Source of the DNA: Octopus sinensis
Taxonomy: Eukaryota
Reading direction: 5' to 3'
Assembly (NCBI RefSeq): GCF_006345805.1
Contig: NC_043015.1
Coordinates: forward strand, 23,436,001-23,500,000
Length of the DNA: 64,000 bases
Positions 1-13,146 of this stretch are shown here, piece after piece. Below the pieces are notes generated by a model. That model saw nothing but the letters and a program-made list of their open reading frames with translations, did no database searches and was not told the DNA's origin. A program made the position numbers and the translations under genes. The stretch's first letter is position 1, and each line of letters begins with the position of its first letter.

Positions 1-178
1 TTTTCTTTGCCTTTGAAAGTCGAGATTCCAATTTTTTTTTCTTTTTTCAATAATTTCCTGACCTTCCACTGAGCAGAATTCTTTACAGTTAAGAATAGTA
101 AACAACTTTATAGATACTGGTCGAAATATTGGTTTTCTCTTTCAAAACACTATCAGCAATTTAAAGCATTTAAGGACG

Positions 179-232
<54 letters not shown>

Positions 233-418
233 GCATTAATCACAATATTATTTGAGTATTTTTATATTTTTTTAGATACATGAGTTACTTTGAAACTTGT
301 GACAATTTTAAGGCTTCCAAGTCTGGTAAGATAAAAGCAAGGTGACTTCGCTACAAACTGTGCTAAAAGGTCTCTGCTGTAGATAATATGTTTTTTTCTT
401 CTGGCTGTCATCATGTGT

Positions 419-502
<84 letters not shown>

Positions 503-509
503 TATATAT

Positions 510-837
510 AAAGAAGAAGGGTAGTAATAATTGGTTACTACCAGGTGCCCAGCACAAAAGACGAATTAGTCATAAGACAAAATATTATTCATAAAGAAAA
601 ATATTATTCATTTAGTAATACAATTAAGGGCTCCTAAATTAGGATGCCGAGTACTGGGAACACAAAAGGGAGATGAATTTATCGAGAGTGAAAATCAAAA
701 ACGTTTACCGATAACTTTACACCTCGGACTGATCAGTTTCTGCCTCTTTCTAGCAAAACACAGAATATGTTTGCTAAGGCTGGCTTCATCAATGAGTCGC
801 CTAAATTGAGGCGACTCAATTTAGGCGACTCGTTGAT
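510..837 (-). mobile_element. Short Penelope-like terminal (pLTR) fragment with variant hammerhead motif and 5' inverted duplication
   Basis: Minus strand reads TTGATGA-(stem II)-GAAACTGATCAGTC (792-727) with palindromic stem III ACTGATCAGT. A 23-bp-stem hairpin lies at 788-837. The fragment ends at (TA)n and shares a terminal motif with 9531 and 23441. Confidence 0.5.
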
Positions 838-944
838 AATTTTTTATAATTTTACAATTTACAATTTTACATTTTAACATTACATATATTCCAGTTCAAA
901 ATGCAATTTTACATTTTATAATTTACAATGTTACAATTTTACAA

Positions 945-2305
945 TTACATAAATTCCAGTTCTGTTGGACGTTCGTCCGTAATGTACTTTGTTAATTCCA
1001 TCTGGTCTATCACATTTGGCAAATTGTCATAACATACATAATACGTTAAATAAACCTGATCAAACATACTTTGCAATTTAGTAAATGTTCCTTTATCTAC
1101 AACTACCCCTTTCACATCGTCATCATGCAGTTTTGGGTGTAATTTAACCCTAATTAATCCTTTCCTACCTGCAAGTCTTTTTTCCACTTCTGTGTCTTTC
1201 ACGTATAACATGAATACTTTCAGGTATTTTCCTACAGGTCTTTTTCCCTTCTTACAAGCATCCAACTGTTCTCTCACTTTTTTTCTCCATTCTAGGTTTA
1301 CCTCTGTCTTTGTCTGTTCGTCCTTTTCTTTGCACGTTCTCTCTTCTTTTTCTTCTGTTATCTTGCTTTTGATTTTTTTCTCTTTTACAACTTTCCGTGA
1401 TGATTCCACCCTTGTTCTCTTCCTATCTTCTGTTCTTTCATCCTCTGCACTTGCACGTTCTTCTTCCATATCATCAATTAGCTGCTCCTCCGTTTGTGCC
1501 TCCACTGCTTTCGTTTCCTCCTGCACTTCTTCCTCCTCCACACACATATCTTTCCACTCCTTCGTTACAGCCTCCGGTGTTATCGTTTTCTCCAGCGGGA
1601 ACACATCCTTCATGTGGCCTCTGAATTTGCAATTATAACAAACTGGAGGTCTTCCCTCTACCACGACTCTAAGCCGTGTCTCATCAGGGAAGACCAACTC
1701 CTCCGGGATGTTGTATAGGTCTGGCACGGTTATATGTGCCAGAACCTGTACCGCATATCCCCACCACTTAAATTCTGTTGACTTTTCCACCTTCACCACC
1801 TCCACACTTTCCTTGCAGTTGAAAACTACTGCCGCCAATATCCTCTCCATGTTAAGTTCAGGCGAAATCCTACTAATTCTTATTCTGACTGCCCTCTTTC
1901 CGCAGTAACTAGGTAATAAAGTCCAACTTTCCGATTTCAGAATTTTTGTCGCATTCTTTCTTGCTTCATTTTCATTTTTAAAGTGTACCACCACTGTGGC
2001 ATATTTCCTTCCTCTGTTGAAAAAGGTAGGTTCACCCTCAATTCCTTGCAGACATTTCTCTATTTCTTCCGTCTCTGCTACTTCTATTTTTCTTGACGCC
2101 ACACACCATGTCCTGTATGTTATCATACGTTTCTCCGCGTTGTTTTCTTCTTCTTCGGACGGTGTGACTCTCACGCAGTCACCCCCCTCTTCAAACTGTC
2201 GAAATATTTTTCTAAAGTTTTCTGTTCGACTACCACTTCTTCCATTTCTAGTTCTCTCGCAACCATGCCTCTGCCTGCTGCTCTCGCATAAGTCTGGTCT
2301 TGCAT
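945..2305 (-). CDS. L1/Tx1-type ORF1 (gag-like, CCHC knuckle) of an ORF1-only retroelement; probably frameshifted near the N-terminus
   Basis: 458-aa ORF with VVVEGRPPVCYNCKFRGHMKD(V) (CX2CX4HX4C with last Cys lost) followed by an E/K-rich tract. A likely start MQDQTYARAAG at 2305 lies in another frame. No ORF2 downstream, only an AT-rich tail (838-944). Confidence 0.7.
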
Positions 2306-2426
2306 TTTCAAAAATCTCCAAATAAATTTCACCACGTCCTCCAGCAACGAACTCGAACTCACAACCTCTTCACAATGACGCACTCGAAACCAACACACCA
2401 GAATAACGACTCCAAAAAAAAAAATA

Positions 2427-2976
2427 GGTCGGCTGGTGATATTTGCCTCGACTTCGTAATTGTATATATGTAAACTCAGTGAAGTCTATTCACTGATTAT
2501 CAAAATAAGAAATATTGAATTTCTAAATCTCTCGTAGAGACATGTACGGTGGTGGGGTGATAGAATGGTTGTATACTGTCAATCTAACAAGAACGTGACA
2601 GTAGGAGGTACACCACCGCTGTATAGCCCTAGGAAGCATCGAACGACTCCTGATAGATTTGACACATTTTTCCCTGTGTCCTTATATACATATAGGAAGG
2701 GGAGACAAACACCCCCGGCCGCCGGAACTGCATCTAGGGACACCGTGTTTCAGGATCATTGTCCTTCATCGGCCTAGAGTAGCAGACACCGGTCAGCTGG
2801 TGATATTTGCCTCGACTTCCTAATTGTATATATGTAAACTCAGTGAAGTCTATTCACTGATTATCAAAATCAGTACCCCCTACTGTCACGTTCTTGTTAG
2901 ATTGACAGTATACAACCCTTCTATCGCCCCACCACCGTACATGTCTCTACGAGAGATTTAGAAATTCAATATTTCT

Positions 2977-2978
<2 letters not shown>
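2427..2978 (-). mobile_element. Penelope-like pseudo-LTR structure (direct plus inverted terminal repeats, hammerhead relic)
   Basis: 80-bp direct repeat 2427-2506/2791-2870 and ~105-bp inverted repeat 2507-2611/2873-2977. Minus strand 2778-2733 reads TCTAGG-CCGATGA-AGGA caatga TCCT-GAAACACGGTGTC-CCTAGA. Confidence 0.6.
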
Positions 2979-3040
<62 letters not shown>

Positions 3041-6000
3041 CATGTGTATGTATGTATATATATATATATATACATATACCTATGTATATATATTATGTAT
3101 ATATATTACATATACCTATGTATATATATATGTATAGATATTACTTGTGTGTATACACATACAGATATAAAAAGTTATAAATGTGATATAAATGAGAATA
3201 TGGGATAAATATAGAGCTCAGGAAGATAAGAAGATGAAACTTGATTACGTCATTGAAATTATTTTCGCAACTTTGTAGACATAAACAGAAAGGCAGACAA
3301 AGGATAACAGGTGTCAGAAATGTATTTAAATGAAAAGTTGCGAATGGAGTTTACGCGGACGCACACATGCATTTACGCATATATAGTTATACGCACACAA
3401 ACAATCACGCGCGCGCACACAAGCACACACACGTATGTATATGTATGTGTGTGTGTTTGGGGGATGTAAGTGTGCGTGTATGCATGTTTGTGTGTTTGCA
3501 TGTTTGTGTATCTGTATGTAGGCAATTATGTACATGAATGTAACTTTGTAAGTATAAATGCTTGAATTCTTCTACACGTTTCAGCCCTAAGGCTCTGGCC
3601 ATACTGGGTCATTGCCAGTGCAATCAGCTTTTCAATGAATAATCGTATGCGATTGACTTTCGGTGGTGGCTAGAGTTCTACTCTGTTGCCCTCCTTTGAG
3701 AATATATCTAAGAAATTAAAATGATAATTGAAACTTTCATTAATACAATAAAAGACGGGAGAAGAATTTTAATGACGTTGACAAGAGCAATCTGAAACGA
3801 AATGCATTTGATAAAAGCCCATTTTCGTCTCACTGATCTATAGAATTTAAACTGCAGACAGATTACTCTAACATTGTTGCTACTGCACGCAATACTTGAC
3901 AGTTTGGAGATGATGCATAAAAATGAATGGCAAATATTATGTCTATGTACCTCCAATAACAAATACAATGCTACAACAAAGATTAAGTTTTAATGCTCAA
4001 TGTTGGAGAAAGCAAATTTGAGGTGGTACGTAAACTTTTGTTATGGTAATGTCTTCGTGACAAATACTTGAGAAGGTTTTTACTTTGTTTATTTCAATGA
4101 AATCGTGCAAAATATTGGGTCAAAGCTGGAAAAAGCTACAAACTGTTTTGGACGATGATACACAGTGGCGATCTTCTTTTCCATTTTTTTTTTTTTTTGA
4201 GGGACTGATAAATGACAACTTCAACAAGAATAACCATGATAAAAGGAATTCATGTTATAACATATAACAGACCGTTATTTTTAAAGGTATATAGCAGTAA
4301 ATTAGATATCTGCCCTTTGAATTTTATAAGGCAGAGTGTGATTTGAAGGAGATTAACTAATCTTTTTCGCACATGAAGTAACTACTAAGAGGTACTGTCA
4401 TTGATTGTTGTCATATTTCGTTCTCCACAGTGAATGCGAGCTTTAAGCTGGATACAAACATAGATCTATTACGTTTAATCTATAATATTGATTTCTAACA
4501 TAGATACAAGTATAGTGAAAGAATATAGTAAATTCTATTGATTCCTGTACTTGACTAGTATATTTTATCGACTCCGGAAGGATAAGTGGCAAAGTTGACG
4601 CCGATGAGGTTTGAACTTCTGAGGTAAAAGGCCGAACATAATAACACGTGTTGACAATCTATCAGAATCAATAATACTATATATTCTTTGAATATGTAGA
4701 TATGTATTTGTTTTATGTAAATTATTATTAGTAATATTGACTAGAAAGGGTAATGCCTCTTAAGACTACATTGGCATATATACCGGTCGTAAGTTATGCT
4801 CTATCAAAATATGTAAAAATAGAAAAGATTTGTGGAACGTATGATGTTAAAGTTTATTTTAAAAATATGTAACAAAGAAAAAGGGGAAACCTAATAAAAG
4901 ATATACTGTTTTACGAACCATTATACATATGAAGGTGGTGGACGGCAGAGATGGCAGGGCAGAGAACAAATTAACGAGTCATAGTTGGCTTTCTACAATT
5001 CTGTTCTGATTTGAAATATTTTTCAAAGTGAATTCCATTTTGCGTTCATACGTTCTGTGTCACTTTGTAAGTAGAGAACTGTGCATTTACATGTCTTTCT
5101 CTTTCTCTCCAGTTAAACTCAAACACACAAGAGCTAATATAAACATGCGTGTGTTTGTGTGTAAATGCATTTATACATTCGTTCGTCTATCTGTTAATGT
5201 GTGTGTGTGTGTGTGTGTGTGTAACAGTTTCTAGGGATCACTTAGTTCGTTGTTAATACCTCATTAGCATACCGCATAGAACTGACTAGTTTAGAAAACT
5301 CAAAGGAATATTAATCGATGAATAAATTTATTAACATTTATTAATCAACGTATAAAATTCAATTCTTTATTGTATATTTTCTTATATATTTGTGTCTAAT
5401 ATTAGCAGGCATTTCAGTGAAAAGAAATGAAATGCTTCTAACGTTTCCCTTTGTACCAAACTGTAAAGTAACTGAATTTAGAACACAATAAAAGCTGAGC
5501 TATGAGAAAGTTATAGCTCACGTAGGAATGTCATAAAACCCCACCAAACGACGTGATTTCGTACTTAGCAATGTTTGGACCAATATTTAGGCTTTGTTTC
5601 TTTTATATCACTGGCAATAGGTCATAGGTAACGGAGGTGAATTATTGATTTTCGACTGATCTTAATGATTAATTGAATTATCAGTAAACACCGATTATAT
5701 TTAGCAATGTGTTAATTCCAATAGCAATATTAATAAGTTGAAGTCGAGAAATTTGCAGAAAATTTCACTCAGGTAATCAAATAAGATAGTGGCTTAATCA
5801 GCTCGATAGCAGTTAATTATCATTTGTAACGACGACCTAGTATACAAGCCCTAATTACATTAATAACATAATTTATATTCTGTCACATTTTTACTTCAAT
5901 TACCCCATCGCTGATTAAAGAGCAACATTTATTCGCAGGTGTGCACGTAAGCACATTCGGGCATACTTGCACTCAGTCTTACATAGAGATAAACACACAT

Positions 6001-6181
6001 TCACATACATATATATGCATGCTTGTGTAAATGAATGAAACTTATGAACGATTTTTTGTTCTTGTTGTTACTGTGTGCATGTGTATACATTCGTACACAC
6101 ACATATATGTATGTGTGTGCGTGTTTCTGACTGTATATATAAGGATACACAGACTGTATACATAAGGATACATAGATGGTT

Positions 6182-6265
<84 letters not shown>

Positions 6266-8100
6266 ATCTTCATATTATTATATGAATATACGTTTATGCA
6301 TACATACATGCATTGCTGTAACGGAAGGGACTGGAGTATTAAAAGAGACATATTGTATCTTACGAAACGTCTCTTTTTCCGATTGGTTCGATGTGTTACC
6401 AACCAAGTACCCTCTCCTTTTCTTCACACGTATATATTTTTGTTAACTTAAATACGTCCTTTTTTAAAATTCTCCTATCTTAATTTAATTATAGATCTAA
6501 TAATACGATTAAATTAATTTTTGCAAATTGATTTTGAATTTTTCTGTTTCTTTTTTCCTCTTTTGCTCCTCACAATCTCATGGTTTATAATGTCAAAGCT
6601 TTTATTATGTTGTCATGGAATTTATCTCAACACATAGCTTATCTGTAACATTTCTGACATTCTTCAGCACCAGAATTTGATATGATTAGTAATATCTTTT
6701 ATTTTCATTTTAAATTTAATTTTATTCGCTTTCTCCAAAATTTCATTTCGCTAGCTATCTCGAAAATTTTTGAACATTTCCTTCAAAACGTACTGTATTT
6801 TGAAGAAGAATAACAAACGCGGTAATGACTATACTTAGCAAATAAAATCAATAAAATGGTTCTAATTGATATTAGTACTTGTGGGTCGCTTCAAGTGAAA
6901 AGACATGAAATTTTGGATCAATGTCAACAGTCAACAAAATAAAAACAAAAGCATATGTTCATTCAAAAGTATGTCCCTCTGTATGTGTGTGTCTTTGCTG
7001 TACTACTTATGAGTGTGTATATAAGATATGCCGATGATATTGTATTATTAACGAAAAATTATCAAAAATTGCTGATATTATAAAAGAACAAATTGACAAG
7101 AAACTCCTAATTACGAATGTAAAAACAAACAATAGACAATGGTTATTAGTACGACAGACTATATGGAAGCAAATATCAAGGTAGCAGGACAGAAACATGT
7201 ACAAGGAAAAATCTTTAAGCCTTTAGGACAAATAATACGCAAGGAAGGTTGCTGTCTGGAGGAAATTTCTCAAGCGAATGTAAAATATCTTCACCTCAAA
7301 GATATATCACTTCCATCGAAACTGAGTCCTGTTAATTGTTCTATTATGCTAATTATCCTCCACAGAAATGGCATTTCGCCGTTTACGGTATGAGCTTTCC
7401 AGTTGATGCGATCAACAGCATACCCTGATCATGAGATTAACGTACAAGTGCCTGAGATCTCCGCGAACTTGCTTAACGAGATGCAGCGTGACACATGTGG
7501 ACCTTTGAATTACTGGTACAACTCATTTTATGCAAGCTGAGTGGACTGAAGCATTGTGAAATAACGTCTGTTGATCAAAGACAAATAGCACCGCTGGGAA
7601 ATAAAACTCATGACCTTACGACCGTGAACCCAATACTTAACCACTAGACACATGTCTTTACTCTCTACAGAACAAAGTCGTGCATAATTTACGGAGGGAT
7701 GTAAAAGATGTGTTTGAGATGTAAACCTTTCGAAGACTGAGCAGAATGAAGTGATAAGAAAACAAATGGTGTAGTTAGAGGACATCCGAAGAACCTTTTG
7801 CCGAGAATCAAATCTGCAAATATATCATATAAGTTTGTCATGAATCATTATCGAAGACCATATTACGGCAAGTGGGGGGGGGATCAAAAACCTCTATAGA
7901 CTGAAGAATGGATGATAAGTATGGCTCCTTGTGTGTATGCTGCGAAACGCAAAGGGTAATGAAGAATCTTAGCATGTCGACTACACAGGAAGGTCCAACC
8001 AAAGGCTTGTGAGTGGATCTGGTAGATGGAAATTTACAGAAATCTCCCATATGTATGTATGCATGTATGTATGTCTATCTGTCTATCTGTCTATCTATCC

Positions 8101-8162
<62 letters not shown>

Positions 8163-8171
8163 ATCTCAATC

Positions 8172-8243
<72 letters not shown>

Positions 8244-8375
8244 AGTAGTTGAATGAATTATCTTGTTAAGGATAATTCGGTTAACCGATACCTGGGTAGC
8301 AAATTCACATCAGAGAAGACACGTTTGAAGTTACGTGCTTTCGTGTGGAAATTTGAGTGTTTTTTTAAAAATATA

Positions 8376-8774
8376 AATATATGAAAGAATGGAGTTGAAC
8401 GACGAATTAACAAAATTCCTTTATTTTCGACTTATGTCTCGAAGGCTGCATATTCCTAATTGCGAAGGAATAAGGAGTATATATGAATAATGATTAATAT
8501 AGATAGCCCCTTGAATTTTATTTATTTAATAAAATTCTTTTTTTATATATTTCACCCCCATAGTCAAAAAATTCTTTTTATACTTTCAAAGAACTGCTAC
8601 CCAAGCCAGTGAGGTATGTGTTACCTTTGTCCCTATACCTCGCCCTCCTTTTTCTGTCTCTTTCTCTCTCTCTTTCCCTCTATCTATAGTAAGCACAATC
8701 ATACACACAGACACAAACCGTTCACCTTACCACTGTCTCTTTTCTGACATCCACAAACACAATCACGCACACAG

Positions 8775-8840
<66 letters not shown>

Positions 8841-9247
8841 TAATGCCGTTATATATAGTCACACACACAGACACTCATTCACAAAAGAAAATTCACCATT
8901 CATTTGAACTACACCCTTTCACCTTCCTATTCTTATGCCTCTCTTCTACTTCGTTTGAACCCTTGAACCTTTAGAACATTCTAGAATCTTCTACATATTT
9001 TTTTGACGTCACTCCTTATAAAGGAATTTTTTATAGAGACATTCATTATCACTATGGCTCCGTGTGAGCAGTCATCTAAAATTTTTTGTGCATCTTGATG
9101 CTGACATAAGTTCCTTGCTTTTCCTGATGAGAAGCGGCATAATATACTCCTTATTCCTTCGCAATTAGGAATATGCAGCCTTCGAAACATATGTCGAAAA
9201 TAAAGGAATTTTGTTAATTCGTCGTTCAACTCCATCTTTCATATATT
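8376..9247 (+). mobile_element. Non-autonomous Penelope-like element bounded by ~105-bp inverted repeats
   Basis: 8376-8482 is the near-exact reverse complement of 9142-9247. The right arm overlaps a hammerhead motif and is followed by (TA)n. Confidence 0.6.
9119..9200 (+). ncRNA. Type I hammerhead ribozyme motif with intact core
   Basis: TTTTC-CTGATGA-GAAG...CTTC-GAAA-CATATG-TC-GAAAA. Stem I is TTTTC/GAAAA (extendable with TTCCTT/AAGGAA), stem II GAAG/CTTC, stem III the palindrome ACATATGT. Predicted cleavage after C9195. Confidence 0.75.
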
Positions 9248-9248
9248 C

Positions 9249-9430
<182 letters not shown>

Positions 9431-9689
9431 TTGGAAATGGATGCGTGACATTCAATTAAATAATAATATAATAATATGTAATACATATATATGTACACAC
9501 ACACACACAATATATATAATAAATAATATTAGGGTAATAAGAATTATAGAAATTATTATTACCAGTTGCCTAGCACAAAACAAATAGTCAATAGAATATA
9601 TATTATTCACATAAAAATATCGTGTACATTAGAACACATTAAGAGGCTTTCCTATGATGGAAGCCTCCTAATGTGTTCTAACGTACACG

Positions 9690-9769
<80 letters not shown>

Positions 9770-9984
9770 GTATATTCATATGCACATTTGGGTACAGGAC
9801 GTCACCAACTGTGTAAACAATATGAAGTACGAAAACGAATGAGTTAAATACGCAAACAACAAGACAAAAAGTGGAAAACATGACAATACTGAGAACGACG
9901 CTTCATAGTTGTCGGGTATCTATCTACTTCTATCTGTGACAACGAAGGGCTTCCAATATGTGTGTGCGTAAGTGTGTGTGTGTG

Positions 9985-10179
9985 GTGGTCAGTAGCTTGC
10001 TACCAAGCACTGGCTCTGGGTTCACTCCCACTGCGTAGCATCTTGGACATGTGTCTTTCATCTATTGCCTCAGTCCGACCAAAGCCTTGTGAGTGGAATT
10101 GTAGACGGAAACTGCAAGGAGACCGTTGTATGTATATGTGTGTGTTTGTGTGTGTGTATGTGTGTGCGTGCGTGCGGGC

Positions 10180-10214
<35 letters not shown>

Positions 10215-10410
10215 TGTTTGTCTATGCTTGTCTCCTCACCATTGCGTGATAGCCGATATTGGTGTGTTTACACCCCCAAAACTTAGCGGTTCCGCAAAAA
10301 ACACCGATAGAATAAGTACTAGTCTTAGAAAGAATAAATCCCGGGGTCGATGTGTTCGACTAGAGGTGATGCCAGCATGGGCGCAGTCAAATGACTGAAA
10401 GAAATATAAG
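9985..10410 (+). mobile_element. Degenerate tRNA-derived SINE pieces separated by (TG)n
   Basis: GCTTGCTACC...CTGGGTTCACTCCCACTGCGT...GTAGACGGAAACTG matches the SINE copy at 53263-53405. Confidence 0.5.
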
Positions 10411-11544
10411 AATAAAAGAATAACAGTATATACACACATGCGTAGATATGGGTCTGGCTACATATGTCATGTACTAAGTTAAAATAATAAAGGTAAAAGT
10501 AAAACCTCTGAAATGGTAACATTTGAAAGTTAAAAGGAAGACGGATGTGTATACATTCGTTGACATGATCACATATACAGACGTATACACAGTCACACAC
10601 ACATACCCGATCGTGCTGTCAACGGATAATCATTTAATATAGTCATAAACAACCAAGATGTTCGCAGATAAATGGTATCTGGCTCCCTGTTGCCTAGCAG
10701 ATTTTAGAATCCGTTACGGATGACTGAGCGCATTATGGATGGTGGAGGTGGTTTGACAGACACAATCCCACATACACAGGCATTTGTATATATACATAGA
10801 CGCACACGTATACATATCACCGTATGAATATGTGTGTGTATGTATGACATCCATTTATCTCTGTTCATCTATATATATCTATTAACACAAAGGGGCCTAC
10901 AAGTAAATACCTATCTTCCAGGTGCGTAGGTGCACCCTATGGAGTCTATCTAAATATTTACTCTCCCGCTTACGTACCCGTAGAGATACATTTATACGTG
11001 CTTGTACACAGCTGCGTTTCCGCAATAGCATATGTCAGTGACACACACACTCAATCCTATGCTTATATAAATAAACAGACAATAATCACAACACATATTA
11101 AATAAAATGGAATTTTAAAGATGTACATACATCTAGAGGAACAGTGCATGATTGCACTTATAACATTCACAGTCACAACATACAACCAGCAACATATAAC
11201 ATATTATATATATCATACCGTTGTAGGGACTTACCGGTTTTTATGATTAAGTTGGTATACTTTTTCGTCACTTGAAACTTAATTCAGAGGGACAAAACCA
11301 CATGTATTCAGGGCAGTGTACAATCAATATCAGTTTTCAATTTACACGGCCCAGCAGGTTATCCTGTGGTTCCACGATAGTCTTGCAGGCTGTATCCACT
11401 TCATTGGGAATGGGGAAGCTTAGATTACCTAACTGTTGCGTTTTCTATAATTAATGTGTAATCTTTATACACTGTTTCTACCGTACTGCGCAAATGTATT
11501 CTTGGTTGTGCAAACACCTCACCAATCTGTCAGAAAATCTATTG

Positions 11545-11765
11545 ATAAAGCTATCTTGGTCAACAGTATGGACAACGACTCCTCGGAACATAGTTGGCAT
11601 TTCCTGGATAGGGAGTTGTATGGATTCACATGTCTTACTATTGACTTTATGAAGTCTTATTTAACCTTCTCGCCTTTGAGTCTTGGGACGAAATCGGCCA
11701 GTGATGTTGAGTGTCGCCTGTAGTTGACGTTTTTTAAGCTGACGATGTGGTTTCTATATTTATTT
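11545..11765 (-). pseudogene. C-terminal fragment of a Penelope-like GIY-YIG endonuclease domain
   Basis: Manual minus-strand translation YRNHIVSLKNVNYRRHSTSLADFVPRLKGEKVK*DFIKSIVRHVNPYNSLSRKCQLCSEESLSIL. This fits the RYxNH..STxL..PY..CxLCxxE pattern seen in PLE endonucleases. Confidence 0.55.
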
Positions 11766-12074
11766 TTCAAAATATCGGTAGATGCGCCGATACACACATA
11801 CATGCCTCCTTTGGTGTTCATCGTGCATTTATATATTACATTCCGACCCGTGCAGAGGTTCTGCAGAGGACATGAGATTTGGTATCGACTGTAACTTTTC
11901 TGTGTACACTGCCCGTGGCTTTCGCACCTGCTTCAGACATACTTTTACAGGTAGCCCGCTTGATTACATATATAAACACACACACACATACACACTAGCA
12001 ATGCAGTCCAGAGTTGCCCATGTGTTATGACCTACAGATACATTGCATTATTTATTTATTTCTTATGGGCAACA

Positions 12075-12230
12075 CTGCAGTTTCCGTCTACCAAATTCCT
12101 TCACAAATTTGAGGTTGGGCTAGGGCTATATTGGAAAATACTTGTCCAATATACCATGCAGAAGGACTGAACGTAGAACCATGTGGTTGTGAAGTAAACT
12201 TCTGAACCACGCAGTCATCCTTGCACCTAA
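12075..12230 (-). mobile_element. SINE, same family as 22470-22612 and 53263-53405
   Basis: Reverse complement contains TAGGTGCAAGGATGACTGCGTGGTTCAGAAG...CACATGGTTC...GGTAGACGGAAACTG. Confidence 0.5.
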
Positions 12231-12598
12231 TATGTGTGTGTGTTTACATTTGTTGTTAAATCAAGTGTTGTTAAATCAAGATCGTTCAGGCAAAGTTGCC
12301 TTCCTTAGCTAATGACCTCAAAATTGTGCGACTCGACCTCGTTTTCCAGGTTATTTCTGTGTAGTAAAAAAGAGTTGTGCAAAAAACATAGTTTATTTGG
12401 TAGCCGAAAGATTATTGAATCTTAGATAATTCATACGTGAAAATCGGCAACTCAGATTTCGAATCCATTAGGATCTTATGCACGCGCACACACATGCACA
12501 CACACTCACACACAAACGAAAAACATACTCTGTTATATATATATATTATAATATATATATATATAATATATATATATGTGTGTGTGTGTGTGTGTATG

Positions 12599-12634
<36 letters not shown>

Positions 12635-12708
12635 TGTATATATATGTATGTATATATATAGAGAGAGAGATGTGTGTATATATATAATATATGTATATAT
12701 ATATATGT

Positions 12709-12811
<103 letters not shown>

Positions 12812-12832
12812 GTTCTTGTTTTGCTGTTGTCC

Positions 12833-13084
12833 GTTACTTCTTGTGTCCATGCCCAGCTCAAAAGTGTCGGTTGTCTGGTTTCGTTGGCGTATAGTTTCCC
12901 CACCTGGACGGGACACCGATGCATTACTGGCGAGCTGCTAGATGCAGGAGGAAAGACTGAGAGAAAGTTGTGGGGAAAGAGTCAGCAGAGTTCGCCATCA
13001 CCTTCTGCTGGAGCCGCGTGAGATTCGTACCCAGGATGCCTCGACTGCGAGTCCGCTAGTACAGCCACTAGGCCATGTACCTCC
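12833..13084 (-). mobile_element. tRNA-derived SINE
   Basis: Minus strand starts GGAGGTACATGGCCTAGTGG (A-box-like) and contains GGGTACGAATCTC (B-box-like). Flanked by simple repeats. Confidence 0.55.
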
Positions 13085-13103
13085 CCTCTCACCCTCTCTC
13101 TCC

Positions 13104-13146
<43 letters not shown>

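Noticed and set aside
421-510. Phase shifts within (TA)n arrays (TATTAT, ATAATA) as a patterned signal
   Set aside because: Consistent with slippage or long-read consensus indels. The same caveat applies to some frameshifts in the elements.
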